Shown one piece after another: positions 29,116-38,865 of a stretch of DNA of 64,000 nt. A program made the translations under genes and the position numbers. The DNA is from a bacterium (GTDB lineage: Bacteria > Patescibacteriota > Minisyncoccia > Phycocordibacterales > UBA9973): the NCBI GenBank assembly GCA_037130335.1, contig JBAXTD010000001.1, forward strand, positions 25,683 through 89,682, given 5' to 3'. Positions within the stretch are counted from its first letter, which is position 1; each line of letters starts with the position of its first letter. Under the pieces are notes generated by a model. It did no database searches and was not told the origin of the DNA. It saw only the letters and a list, made by a program, of their open reading frames with translations.

Positions 29116-29679
29116 ATGCAAAAAAGATATCCGCTCATTTCACTATACGATGCGCACAGCGACAAAGAAATCTTTGGCGATCCACAAATTGTGTCGAATG
29201 CACACAATCTCGCCCTTTCGCTCGCAAAAGCCAAACTCGGCACTGTTGGTCGCATTGGCTCGCAAGTGGTGACCACAATTCTCACAACGCTTATGGAGCA
29301 CGGTGTAAGTGCTGTTGGAATTTCTCCAGCTGCCACAGAACGCGAACACCAAGTCGCATATCGTTTACCTCACGTATCATTTCCGACAATTTATTCTGGA
29401 CGGGGTGCGCTCGGTGCTGACGTGATGGCACTTTCATCGAGTCATGGAGTATTGATTGCTGGATCAGATGAGGAGTCACTTCTCGGCGTGCTTGGGTGTG
29501 TGGGTGATAGAGGAATTCCAATTGGCATCTTTACCTACGAAGACCCGACCGAAGTCCGCAGACGAGTCAATAATCATTATCCTAATCTCATGCTTCATAT
29601 CTTTGTTTCAAACGAATCAGACAAACTCGTGCACGACATTGCATTTGAAATGAGGAAGCAGCATTTAGAGAAAAAATAA
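29116..29679 (+). CDS. SLOG/LOG-like Rossmann-fold protein with degenerate motifs
   Basis: LALSLAK, AVGISPA, IYSGRG, SSHGVL, GIPIGI resemble the LOG fold; the Gly-rich motifs are lost. Confidence 0.6.
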   Translation: MQKRYPLISLYDAHSDKEIFGDPQIVSNAHNLALSLAKAKLGTVGRIGSQVVTTILTTLMEHGVSAVGISPAATEREHQVAYRLPHVSFPTIYSGRGALGADVMALSSSHGVLIAGSDEESLLGVLGCVGDRGIPIGIFTYEDPTEVRRRVNNHYPNLMLHIFVSNESDKLVHDIAFEMRKQHLEKK

Positions 29680-29682
29680 CAA

Positions 29683-29728
29683 CGCACAAAAAAATTCACC
29701 CCGAGCGGGGTGAATTTTTTTGTGCGTG
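29683..29728. terminator. Bidirectional terminator between convergent genes
   Basis: cgcacaaaaaaattcacccc-gagc-ggggtgaatttttttgtgcg. Confidence 0.85.
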
Positions 29729-29741
29729 TTGTTATGTTTGA

Positions 29742-30086
29742 TTACGCGAGAGTTTTCATAACTCGTGCCATTGTTTCTGGCTTGTGTTCTGCGAGGTAGG
29801 CGAGAGATTTGCGATCGATGGTAATGCCTTTCTTTTTGATTGTGCCCATCAATTTTGAGAATGATGTGCCATTTTCTTTGGCCATTGCTCCGATTTTGAT
29901 TTGCCATACTCCGCGGTTTACTCGTTTTTTGAGTTTGCGGTGTGCAAATGCATAACTACCAGCTTTTTTGATTGCTTCTTTTGCAGCAGCTTCTTTAGTA
30001 CTGCGTCCAAAACGAAATCCTTTTGTTTGTGCAAGGATATTTCGGCGACGCTTCATTTTTATAACTCCTCTTTTTACTCGTGACAT
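29742..30086 (-). CDS. rplT: 50S ribosomal protein L20
   Basis: MSRVKRG, KGFR, IDRKSLA. Confidence 0.99.
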   Translation of the reverse strand: MSRVKRGVIKMKRRRNILAQTKGFRFGRSTKEAAAKEAIKKAGSYAFAHRKLKKRVNRGVWQIKIGAMAKENGTSFSKLMGTIKKKGITIDRKSLAYLAEHKPETMARVMKTLA

Positions 30087-30110
30087 ATAGGTTTAGGTAA
30101 ATCTGATAAT

Positions 30111-30296
30111 TTAGTTAAATGGTAATACGTGACTGCGTACTTTTGCTGGGATGTGGAAACTTTGGCCAACTTTTCCTGAAAGTTGTTTTGAACGAGATTG
30201 CTTTGCATTAAAATGGTTGAACCCAGGCTTGCGGGAAATTGTCTTTCCGTTTTTGGTGAGCTTCAATCGTTTTGTGTATGACTTATTTGTTTTCAT
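30111..30296 (-). CDS. rpmI: 50S ribosomal protein L35
   Basis: MKTNKS..KRLKLTKNGK; between infC and rplT. Confidence 0.96.
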   Translation of the reverse strand: MKTNKSYTKRLKLTKNGKTISRKPGFNHFNAKQSRSKQLSGKVGQSFHIPAKVRSHVLPFN

Positions 30297-30339
30297 ATTC
30301 TCTTGGTTAATAAATTATAATGACTAAACTTTAGATGTT

Positions 30340-30852
30340 CTATTTCGCTTTTTCGATAACGAGTGCAAGACCTTTAGGTCCTCGCTTTGGTTCCTCTGCA
30401 ATTTTGTACGGTTCAGTAATGAATTGAAGAATTCTATCGAGACGTTCTTTCAAGAATTTTTCATCTTGATATTTAGTGCGTCCAGAAAGATATAATTCAA
30501 CTTTGATACGATGGCCTTCTTTGATCCATCCTGAAGCTTGTTTAGCTTTGAGTTGGAGGTCGTGTTCGCCAGTTGCAACTTTAATTTGAATTGCCTTTGT
30601 TTCTGTACGTTTTGAACCAGCTTTTATCTTTTTATCTTTCTTGTTTTCAAGATATTGATATTTACCGAATTCCATAATCTTTGCGACTGGGGGATTGGCT
30701 TCTGGTGCAACTTCGATCAAATCAAGTCCGCGGCTTTGTGCAAGTGCGAGTGCGTCTTTGAGAGACAAAACTCCCAAATTCTCACCCTCATCGCCCAAAA
30801 CGCGAAGTTCAACAGCCCGTATTTGCAAATTTGTTCTTGTTCTCGCTTTCAA
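30340..30852 (-). CDS. infC: Translation initiation factor IF-3, non-AUG start
   Basis: GLDLIEVAP.ANPPVAKIMEFGKY; TTG start. Confidence 0.98.
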   Translation of the reverse strand: MKARTRTNLQIRAVELRVLGDEGENLGVLSLKDALALAQSRGLDLIEVAPEANPPVAKIMEFGKYQYLENKKDKKIKAGSKRTETKAIQIKVATGEHDLQLKAKQASGWIKEGHRIKVELYLSGRTKYQDEKFLKERLDRILQFITEPYKIAEEPKRGPKGLALVIEKAK

Positions 30853-30974
30853 TGTTTTTTGTCGACTGCCTAAATAGATAGAAGTCGTATGAGGCTTATA
30901 ATAGCGTACTTTGGGGTGTTAGTCAATCACTTGGCCTTTATACTTTTGTCATTATGGACTATACTCAAACTGGT

Positions 30975-31418
30975 ATGGAATCGTATATCGAAAGTCGAAA
31001 AGTTCGCTTTAATTATGAGTTGCTTGAGCAATATGTTGCCGGCATCGAGCTTTTTGGCTTTGAGGTCAAATCAGTTCGAGCAGGGCATGGTTCGCTCGAG
31101 GGCGCACACATCATTTTGCGTGGACACGAGGCGTTCGTTGTAGGTCTAAAGATTGATCCATACCAAATCGGCAATACTCCACCGGGGTACGATAGGGAGC
31201 GCACGCGCAAACTACTCATTACCAAAAAGGAAATTCTCGACCTCGAGGAACAAGAGGCAAAGAAAGGTTTGACAATAGTTCCTTTGTCATTGTATAATAA
31301 AAATGGCAAGGTAAAGCTTGCATTTGCCGTCGCTCGCGGAAAGAAGCAATTCGATAAGCGAGAGACGATCAAAAAGCGAGATACTGATAGAGATATTGGT
31401 AGATTGTTGAAGAGATAA
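30975..31418 (+). CDS. smpB: SsrA-binding protein
   Basis: AGIELFG.EVKSVR, RTRKLL, GKKQFDKRE; alternative ATG at 30954. Confidence 0.98.
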   Translation: MESYIESRKVRFNYELLEQYVAGIELFGFEVKSVRAGHGSLEGAHIILRGHEAFVVGLKIDPYQIGNTPPGYDRERTRKLLITKKEILDLEEQEAKKGLTIVPLSLYNKNGKVKLAFAVARGKKQFDKRETIKKRDTDRDIGRLLKR

Positions 31419-31507
31419 CTGTTTGGTTTGATAACTTAATTTGTTTAACCATTTTTGCCCGTACGTACGCGAGTACGCGAACTTAGGGCGAAACGTTAAA
31501 CCGTTTC

Positions 31508-31910
31508 GGGGATGAAATGAATAGACAAAGAGTCTCATTTTGTTTGCGCATGTCGAGCATGGAAACACTCTCGTAAAACGTTTTCCAAAAATCCAAATGC
31601 AAAAACAATTGGTATGAAATCACCTTACTTCAATAGTAAAGATTTCAATTTCGCGCTCGCTTAATAATATAAGTCAGCCGAATGTTCTCTTGGTGGATTT
31701 CTAATAAACCATGAGAGCATAATTTTTTAGAATAGGTGAGTGCATCGCTTCAGGCACAAACCGAAATAACCGAAGCTCGGATTGCGTATGTTTTGTTATT
31801 TCTAAAGTACGCAGTTTTAAAGTTTGCTCTCGGGCAAACAAAAAATAACTATACATGTAGACTCGAATAGAATACCTTTTTGCACGGGGGTTCGCTACCG
31901 CCCATCTCCA
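31508..31910 (+). ncRNA. ssrA: tmRNA, tag (A)AKTIGMKSPYFNSKDFNFALA
   Basis: Acceptor stem GGGGATG/CATCTCC-A with G3:U pair; tag ORF 31599-31664 ending FALA and tandem TAA; follows smpB. Confidence 0.92.
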
Positions 31911-32150
31911 CTCGTTGAAAAAAGAGCCTGCTTTATGCAGGCCTTTTTTCTTGAGCGGAGATGAGGACGACAACTGCTTGTCGTCCGGGGCGGTAGCGAA
32001 AGGCGCAGCATGTCGGCTTGCCGACGGCGAGCCGGGCTCCCGATTTTTTAGTCGGTATACCGACTGTTAAAATCGCAGTGCCCTTTGGGTGGTTGCGAAA
32101 ATTCCGAGCGACGGCGAGGAATTATTTGTGACCGCCCACCCATCTCCACT
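31911..32150. repeat. Structured palindromic element attached to the tmRNA 3' end
   Basis: Inverted copy of the 3' end (31953-32000), several hairpins, direct repeat cccatctccact at 31901 and 32139. Confidence 0.75.
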
Positions 32151-32272
32151 TTTAAACAAAACCCTTATGTCACAATAAATACGTTTTTTTGTATTTTGAC
32201 CTGTCTTTTTGCTGTTTTTTATGTATAATGCAATGGTCAGATTTGCTAGATATTATCTAATTTTTATATTTT

Positions 32273-34228
32273 ATGAACCCATTTAACAAAGAAAAACAAG
32301 AAAAAAAGGATGCAGGTGCTCCAGGAAAGATTCCTGAAAAAAGAGATGGTGAAAATACTCCAAAGTTTTTCAAACAAATTGTATTGGCCGTATTTATTTT
32401 TATGCTCATTTCTGCGGCATATATTGTCATAACTGGTGGTATCTCAAAAACAAAAGATATTTCTCTCAGCGAACTCGCAAAGGACGTGTCGGCTGGTACC
32501 GTAAAATCAATTTCTGTTTCGGGAGATAGTTTGGCTGTGACGATGACAAATGGTGACAAGGTAACTTCCAAAAAAGAAATTGAAACATCACTTTCTGAAA
32601 CACTCAAAAATTATGGAGCAACAGGAGACAAAATTGCTGCGGTTGATACAACGGTTATTTCTGAATCTGGATTTATGTATTGGTTGATGAATTTGTTGCC
32701 AATTATTTTGCCAGTACTTCTCATTTTGTTTTTGTTTTGGTTTCTCACACGACAATCAAAAGGTGGTGGGGGAATGCAAGCGTTTACGTTTGGACAAACA
32801 CGCGCTCGTATCACTGATCCAGACGATATGAATAATCGTGTGACATTCAAAGACATCGCTGGTGCCAAAGAAGCAAAAGAAGAACTCAAAGAAATTGTAG
32901 ACTTTTTGAAAAATCCAAAAAAGTTTCTCGACATTGGTGCACGAATTCCAAAAGGGGTAATTTTAACTGGTGCTCCAGGAACTGGAAAAACGTTGCTTGC
33001 ACGCGCTGTTGCGGGTGAGGCAAATGTGCCATTTTTTCATCTCTCTGGTTCTGAATTCGTGGAAATGTTTGTCGGTGTTGGCGCATCACGTGTGCGTGAC
33101 CTCTTTGCAAAAGCAAAAAAGTCTTCACCGTCAATTATTTTTATCGATGAAATTGATGCAGTCGGTCGCGTACGTGGAAGTGGCGTCGGTGGAGGAAATG
33201 ATGAACGCGAACAAACACTCAACCAAATTCTTGTCGAGATGGATGGGTTTGAACCAAACGAAAAAGTAATTGTGATGGCTGCAACAAACAGAGGTGACGT
33301 GCTCGATCCTGCGCTTCTTCGTCCAGGACGTTTTGATCGACGTGTTGTTTTGGATTTGCCTGACCGTTCTGATCGTGAAGCAATTCTCAAAATTCATGCA
33401 CGCAAAAAACCTCTCGCAGAAGATGTGAACTTGGTTATTATCGCTGAGAGAACTCCAGGATTTTCGGGGGCTGATTTGTATTCACTTATGAACGAAGGTG
33501 CAATTTTGGCGGCACGCGAAAATCGTAAAAAAGTTTCGCAATTTGATTTGGTGCGCTCAATTGAAAAAGTCATGCTTGGTCCTGAACGTAAGAGTCATTT
33601 GCTCAGTGACAGAGAGAAACGTGTCACTGCATATCACGAAGGCGGGCACGCGCTTGTGGGTTCAGTTATGCCAAAGGCGGATCCTGTTCACAAGGTTTCA
33701 ATTATTGCACGTGGTCGTTCGGGTGGATACACGCTTTCAATTCCACTTGAAGAAACAAAAATGCAAACAAAAGGAGAATTTCTCGATGATATTGCAATGA
33801 GTCTTGGTGGATACGCTGCGGAGAAATTAATTTTTGGAGATATTACAACTGGTCCATCAAATGATTTGCAAGTTGCGACAAATCTTGCGCGTGCAATGGT
33901 TACGAGATGGGGAATGAGTGACGAAATCGGACCGCTTGCACTTGAGTCAGATGGTGGACGAACAATTTCTGGAGGCAATCCTGTGTCTGGCGAAATGTCT
34001 GAAAAAGTTCATTCTCAAGTTAATGCCGAGGTAAAAAGTATTATGGAAACAGCACTTACTCGTGCAACAAAAGTTTTGACCGATCATCGCAAAGTGCTCG
34101 ATGCGATTGCGGATAAATTGTGTGAAGTTGAAACTTTGGAACAACCAGAATACGAAGAAATTCTCAAGGCCCACGGAATTAAATTAAAGAAAAAAGAAGA
34201 TATCGTAAGTAATATTGCAAAAGCATAA
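32273..34228 (+). CDS. ftsH: ATP-dependent zinc metalloprotease FtsH
   Basis: Two TM helices, [25 protein letters not shown]. Confidence 0.99.
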   Translation: MNPFNKEKQEKKDAGAPGKIPEKRDGENTPKFFKQIVLAVFIFMLISAAYIVITGGISKTKDISLSELAKDVSAGTVKSISVSGDSLAVTMTNGDKVTSKKEIETSLSETLKNYGATGDKIAAVDTTVISESGFMYWLMNLLPIILPVLLILFLFWFLTRQSKGGGGMQAFTFGQTRARITDPDDMNNRVTFKDIAGAKEAKEELKEIVDFLKNPKKFLDIGARIPKGVILTGAPGTGKTLLARAVAGEANVPFFHLSGSEFVEMFVGVGASRVRDLFAKAKKSSPSIIFIDEIDAVGRVRGSGVGGGNDEREQTLNQILVEMDGFEPNEKVIVMAATNRGDVLDPALLRPGRFDRRVVLDLPDRSDREAILKIHARKKPLAEDVNLVIIAERTPGFSGADLYSLMNEGAILAARENRKKVSQFDLVRSIEKVMLGPERKSHLLSDREKRVTAYHEGGHALVGSVMPKADPVHKVSIIARGRSGGYTLSIPLEETKMQTKGEFLDDIAMSLGGYAAEKLIFGDITTGPSNDLQVATNLARAMVTRWGMSDEIGPLALESDGGRTISGGNPVSGEMSEKVHSQVNAEVKSIMETALTRATKVLTDHRKVLDAIADKLCEVETLEQPEYEEILKAHGIKLKKKEDIVSNIAKA

Positions 34229-34307
34229 AGCAATATAAAAAATAAAAAGCAAATGCAAAAAAATTCCCTTTAGGGAATTTTTTTGCTAGTATACGTAGGT
34301 AACCAAC

Positions 34308-34381
34308 CCGTCCTTAGCTCAGTTGGTTAGAGCACAGAGCTTATACCTCTGGGGTCCCTGGTTCGAATCCAGGAGGACGGA
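34308..34381 (+). tRNA. tRNA-Ile (anticodon TAT)
   Basis: CCGTCCT/AGGACGG-A stem, D arm, cagag-ctTATac-ctctg, cctgg-TTCGAAT-ccagg; CCA not encoded. Confidence 0.92.
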
Positions 34382-34415
34382 CAAGTATAAAAAAGTTTGT
34401 GAGTCAAAACAATAA

Positions 34416-36269
34416 TTAATTTTTTATTGACGATAAATCAGCTTTCTTCTGATTCATAATAGTATTGTATGCACGGACAAAACGGTATCGTATATTTTTG
34501 TGTGGGGGGATATAATCTTTGAAATCTGGATTGTTGCCGAGGTTTTGTTTGAAATATGTCCAAAGACTTTCCCAGTCGAGATCATGCCCCATACGCAATT
34601 CCTCGTTTATTTTTTTTAGCATTGGATCATTTACTTTCATTGTTCCTTTGCCCATTGTCGAAGAGACTTGAGTGTTTGGTGATCGATCTAGGATTTTACT
34701 GAGCTCGTGGTATCCACCGCAGGATCCAAGCGCCACAAAACCAACGGTCGAAGGAATTCTCGGTATCATATCATCTGCATGAGTACTGTGTCCGCGGAGT
34801 ACAGCAATATTTATATTTAATTTTTTTGAAGCAAGTATTGAATTTATATCATTGTCTCCCTCTTCTTCGTTTGAGGGTTTATTTGCAAAAATAATAATTG
34901 GTGCGCCTTTGTGTGAAGAAATTTCAACATAATGTTCGTGTGTTGCGATGTGCCACTGTGGATCAGATTCATATTGGTTTAAAAAACTTCGGTATGAAGC
35001 ATCTCCATCAGTATCATCATAAAAGAAATATCGCTCAACGCTTATGCCGTTCGAATTGATTAGTTTATTATATGGTAGCTTAGAAATAGTTTCGATTGGA
35101 TGTTCATTAGAAAGTGTTTGAAAAAACTTTTCCTTGGTATGGCTTTTTTTTTGATACATGGAGCCGAGAAGTCCGTACACGGTTTCAATCTCATGATTTG
35201 ACTGTGCAGTTTTCTGGTAATTATTTTGAATAATATCGCCGAGTTTTTTTAGAATAAATGGATCGTCTATTGATGCAATCGCGTCTGCAACAACGGAACC
35301 TTCTTTAACTTTTTCTTTTTCACTCACGATACCTTCAACGAACCATGTTAATAATTTATCTTGTTCTTCTTTTGACATTGTGTGCAAAAAATCACCGAGT
35401 CGATTATATGAGGCACATTGGCCGATAAAAGTTCTTCCTTGGTCGAACCCCGAATTTTCAAGCATTGAATAGCCACTCATGCCTTTATTTTTGAGTTTTG
35501 TTGTTATTAGTTTATATAATTCGAGGAAAGTCGACGTTGTAATTTCTTCTTGACCATACCCACACAGAAAATAGATTTCTTCTGGAGATGAATGAATAAC
35601 GCTGGCAAACTGGTTTTTTTGACCATGAAGTTCGTTGATATCCATCATTGAGTATTCAGCTACGTTCTTAATAGAAGACAGGACATCGGCTTTGCCAATC
35701 GGATTTTTTGACTGAAGTGTATATACGTATGCTGAAAAAAGACGCCTTGAATCATTGGCTAGTTTTTGCAAATCATCAACTGTTAAATTATTATCGGATA
35801 TATATTGAATGGCTGCCGCAAGATCGTTTTTTCTTTTTTGAATTGTGGTTTTGTCATAATCTAGTTCACCATCAAGCGAGTCTATATATTTTTTGAGTTC
35901 AAAAAGTTTTTGGGTATATTTATTTTGGTTCTTTTCTAAATTATAATCCGCCTCATTATTGGAGTGGTCGGCTGGGGTATAGTATTGACTTCCTTTGAAA
36001 TGGAAAATTCTGCTAGGGTTTTTGAGCAACGATATCTCGTTTTCGATTTTTGCTTTTGATAATTTGTTTGAATCATTTTTTACTTCTTGTGTTTGTGCTT
36101 GTGAGTTAAGAGCGTTAATTCCAAGTCCTGCTATAAGCATGGCTGATTTTCCGTATTTATGTATTTTTTTTATAAAATTGTCTTTTTTGGGAGCATTTTG
36201 GAGATTTGTGTGCAATTGAACATCATTAGGTTTTGGGTCTGTTTCTGTTCTAAATTCTTTGAATTTCAT
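34416..36269 (-). CDS. Hypothetical exported protein with a possible His-Cys protease domain
   Basis: 617 aa; signal-like AMLIAGLGINALNSQAQ; C-terminal VLRGHS...VALGSCGG. Confidence 0.75.
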   Translation of the reverse strand: MKFKEFRTETDPKPNDVQLHTNLQNAPKKDNFIKKIHKYGKSAMLIAGLGINALNSQAQTQEVKNDSNKLSKAKIENEISLLKNPSRIFHFKGSQYYTPADHSNNEADYNLEKNQNKYTQKLFELKKYIDSLDGELDYDKTTIQKRKNDLAAAIQYISDNNLTVDDLQKLANDSRRLFSAYVYTLQSKNPIGKADVLSSIKNVAEYSMMDINELHGQKNQFASVIHSSPEEIYFLCGYGQEEITTSTFLELYKLITTKLKNKGMSGYSMLENSGFDQGRTFIGQCASYNRLGDFLHTMSKEEQDKLLTWFVEGIVSEKEKVKEGSVVADAIASIDDPFILKKLGDIIQNNYQKTAQSNHEIETVYGLLGSMYQKKSHTKEKFFQTLSNEHPIETISKLPYNKLINSNGISVERYFFYDDTDGDASYRSFLNQYESDPQWHIATHEHYVEISSHKGAPIIIFANKPSNEEEGDNDINSILASKKLNINIAVLRGHSTHADDMIPRIPSTVGFVALGSCGGYHELSKILDRSPNTQVSSTMGKGTMKVNDPMLKKINEELRMGHDLDWESLWTYFKQNLGNNPDFKDYIPPHKNIRYRFVRAYNTIMNQKKADLSSIKN

Positions 36270-36336
36270 TGATTAATTGTATCATAAAGTAAGTTATTAC
36301 TCAGAATAGGCACTTTTTCGTTTCAAAAGGTTTACT

Positions 36337-36670
36337 ATGTTATACTTGGCTTTCAATAGAAGACAGGAATATGATAAAACACTAAATAATTCAAAACCAG
36401 TGAGTAAACCATGTGTATTTTGCACGGTTCCAGAAATACACGAGAGAGAAATAATTGGAAATGATTTGGCGTTTGCATTCCCGACAAATATTCCAATCAC
36501 CGAAGGCCACACACTGCCACATTTTCATCTACTATTATTCCTCGTAAAGAAGGCGTACAGGGCTTCTCGGTTATGATCCACGTAGTATGTTGTATCGCAC
36601 AGGTGACAGAGAACCAACTCCAGAAAGTGAACTAATCGAATTTGTTGAAAAAATAAAATCAGCGATTTAA
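36337..36670 (+). pseudogene. HIT-family hydrolase pseudogene
   Basis: CVFC..PITEGHTL fused directly to PHFHL; two -1 frameshifts restore HLHIIPRKEGDTG...KIKSAI*. Confidence 0.8.
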
Positions 36671-36671
36671 T

Positions 36672-38840
36672 TTATTCAAAATGAGTTTCTAGTTTTTTTA
36701 TTTCGACTAATTCTCGCAGGTGCGGATGAATTTTTAATTCCATATCTCCCGACAAAAGTTTTTGAGCTTCGTTTCGAGCGGCTTCTACCATTTTGATATT
36801 TTTGATTGCTTCCATTCCGATGTCGGTGATGCCCCATTGTTTGGTTCCGCCGAGTTCTCCCGCCCCGCGCAAGGCGAGATCGAGTTCGGATAATTCAAAT
36901 CCACTCGCGGCTTTTTTGAGTGCAGTGAGACGTTTGAGTGCGGTTTCGCCGGAACTATTTGGAAAGAGATAGCAATATGCTTGATGGTTTCCACGAATGA
37001 CACGGCCGCGAAGTTGGTGAAGTTGTGCGAGGCCGAATCTGTCGGCACCTTCGATGATGATGATTGTCGCGTTCGGTACATTCACACCGACTTCAACCAC
37101 AGATGTGGCAACGAGAATATGCAAATGATGTTTGGAAAAATCATTCATAACCTCCTCCTTTTTTTCTTTTGACATTTTTGAATGCAAAATTCCAATTTCG
37201 TATTCTGGAAAAATATCACTTTTGAGATGTTTGGCTTCGGCGACAACGGAACGAGTTTGCAGTGCCATTTCTTTGTCGGGATCTGGTTCGTCGATGCGTG
37301 GACAGATGATGTATGCTTGGCGACCTTCTTTGAGTGCTTCGCGAATATGCGCGTATACTTCGTCGCGTTTTTCTGGCAAAATAATTTCTGTGATAATCGG
37401 TTTACGTCCGGCAGGCATTTCGTCGAGAAGTGTGAGGTCAAGATCTCCATAAATCGTAAGTGCGAGCGTTCGTGGAATAGGTGTGGCTGTCATCGAAAGT
37501 AAATGTGGTGCAAAGCCTTCTTTGGTTACTAATTTTTTGCGTTGCATGGTACCAAATCGGTGTTGTTCGTCGATGATGGCAAGCGAGAGATGTTTGAATA
37601 CAACCGACGTAGAAATGATTGCGTGTGTGCCAATGAGAATTGGAATCTCACCATTGGCAACCCATTTGAGAAGTTGCGCACGAGAAATTGTGGTCCATGG
37701 TTCTTTTGCGCTCGCGACCTTGGTGGGGAATTTGCGACAACCGGAACCAGTAATGAGTCCGATCGAAATTCCTGTATGTTTAAAATATTGGATAAAGTTT
37801 TCGAATAATTGCGTGGCGAGAATTTCAGTTGGTGCCATGTATCCAACTTGTAGATTGCCAAATGTTTTGCCGTCGGGGCGGGTTTTGATTACTGCGTACG
37901 AAAGTGTGGCTGCAACTGCAGTCTTTCCCGAACCCACATCTCCTTCGAGAAGGCGAGCCATCGGAGTTTGTTTTGCCATATCTTCAAGTGACGTTTGTAT
38001 TGCGCGTTCCTGAGCACCGGTTTGTTTGAATGGAAATCGTCCGACAAAGTCCTCAACATCTTTGGGATTATATGTTACCGGATATGATTTATTTTTTTCA
38101 TAATTTTCGCGGTCGATTTTGCGAGCGAGTTGAATGAAAAAAACTTCTTCAAACGAAAATCGTTTGCGTGCAGCTTGAGCATCGTTTTCTTTTTGTGGAG
38201 AATGTATCCACACGAGCGCAGTGGAGAGTTTGGGTAAATTATATTTTTTGAGAATGTCGTCTGGAATGTATTCTGGAATTTGTTGTACGATTCCTGTTGA
38301 AATTATTTTTGAAATGCTGTGATAAATAAATCGTGACGTGATGCCTTTGGTTTCGCGATAAATCGGGAATCCATATACTTGGGCAGATTCTTTGTCAGAA
38401 CCAAAGAGGGAATTGTGTGAATCAACAGGGAGTACGTTTTTGGCTTTGAGTTCTGGGTTGGAGAGAAATAATCCATGTTTACCTTCGGATACTTTTCCTG
38501 AAAGTTCGACGTTGTCGCCATCGTGAACCATTTTGGCCATGTAGGCTTGGTTGAACCAAATTATTGGAATTGTGCCGGAACTATCTTCGAGTGTTGCCTC
38601 ACTCATGGGAATTTTGCTTTTAAATGCTTTTCGCATTTTGAGTTTACTGATGCGCCCGTACAGTGTGACAGTATCACCAGCCGAGAGGTCTCGAATGAGT
38701 TTGATTTCACTAATATTGGTGTATCGAAGTGGAAAGTAATACAACATATCACGAATCGTTTTTATGCCGAGTCGTTCGAGTGCACTTTTTTGTTCAGCAG
38801 TAAGGCGAAATTGTTTGGTAACATCGTCAGATAATTGCAT
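36672..38840 (-). CDS. recG: ATP-dependent DNA helicase RecG
   Basis: GDVGSGKT, DEQHRFG, TATPIPRTL, QLHQLRGRV. Confidence 0.98.
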   Translation of the reverse strand: MQLSDDVTKQFRLTAEQKSALERLGIKTIRDMLYYFPLRYTNISEIKLIRDLSAGDTVTLYGRISKLKMRKAFKSKIPMSEATLEDSSGTIPIIWFNQAYMAKMVHDGDNVELSGKVSEGKHGLFLSNPELKAKNVLPVDSHNSLFGSDKESAQVYGFPIYRETKGITSRFIYHSISKIISTGIVQQIPEYIPDDILKKYNLPKLSTALVWIHSPQKENDAQAARKRFSFEEVFFIQLARKIDRENYEKNKSYPVTYNPKDVEDFVGRFPFKQTGAQERAIQTSLEDMAKQTPMARLLEGDVGSGKTAVAATLSYAVIKTRPDGKTFGNLQVGYMAPTEILATQLFENFIQYFKHTGISIGLITGSGCRKFPTKVASAKEPWTTISRAQLLKWVANGEIPILIGTHAIISTSVVFKHLSLAIIDEQHRFGTMQRKKLVTKEGFAPHLLSMTATPIPRTLALTIYGDLDLTLLDEMPAGRKPIITEIILPEKRDEVYAHIREALKEGRQAYIICPRIDEPDPDKEMALQTRSVVAEAKHLKSDIFPEYEIGILHSKMSKEKKEEVMNDFSKHHLHILVATSVVEVGVNVPNATIIIIEGADRFGLAQLHQLRGRVIRGNHQAYCYLFPNSSGETALKRLTALKKAASGFELSELDLALRGAGELGGTKQWGITDIGMEAIKNIKMVEAARNEAQKLLSGDMELKIHPHLRELVEIKKLETHFE

Positions 38841-38865
38841 TGCCGTATTATAACAAAACAAGCAC

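Noticed and set aside
31287-31973. Minus-strand ORFs over the tmRNA
   Set aside because: They are antisense to smpB and ssrA and are not protein-like.
31895-32150. Group I intron in the tmRNA T-loop
   Set aside because: I see no recognisable P3-P7 catalytic core, the first copy already completes the acceptor stem, and removing the insert does not give a more canonical T-arm. Not formally excluded without a covariance search.
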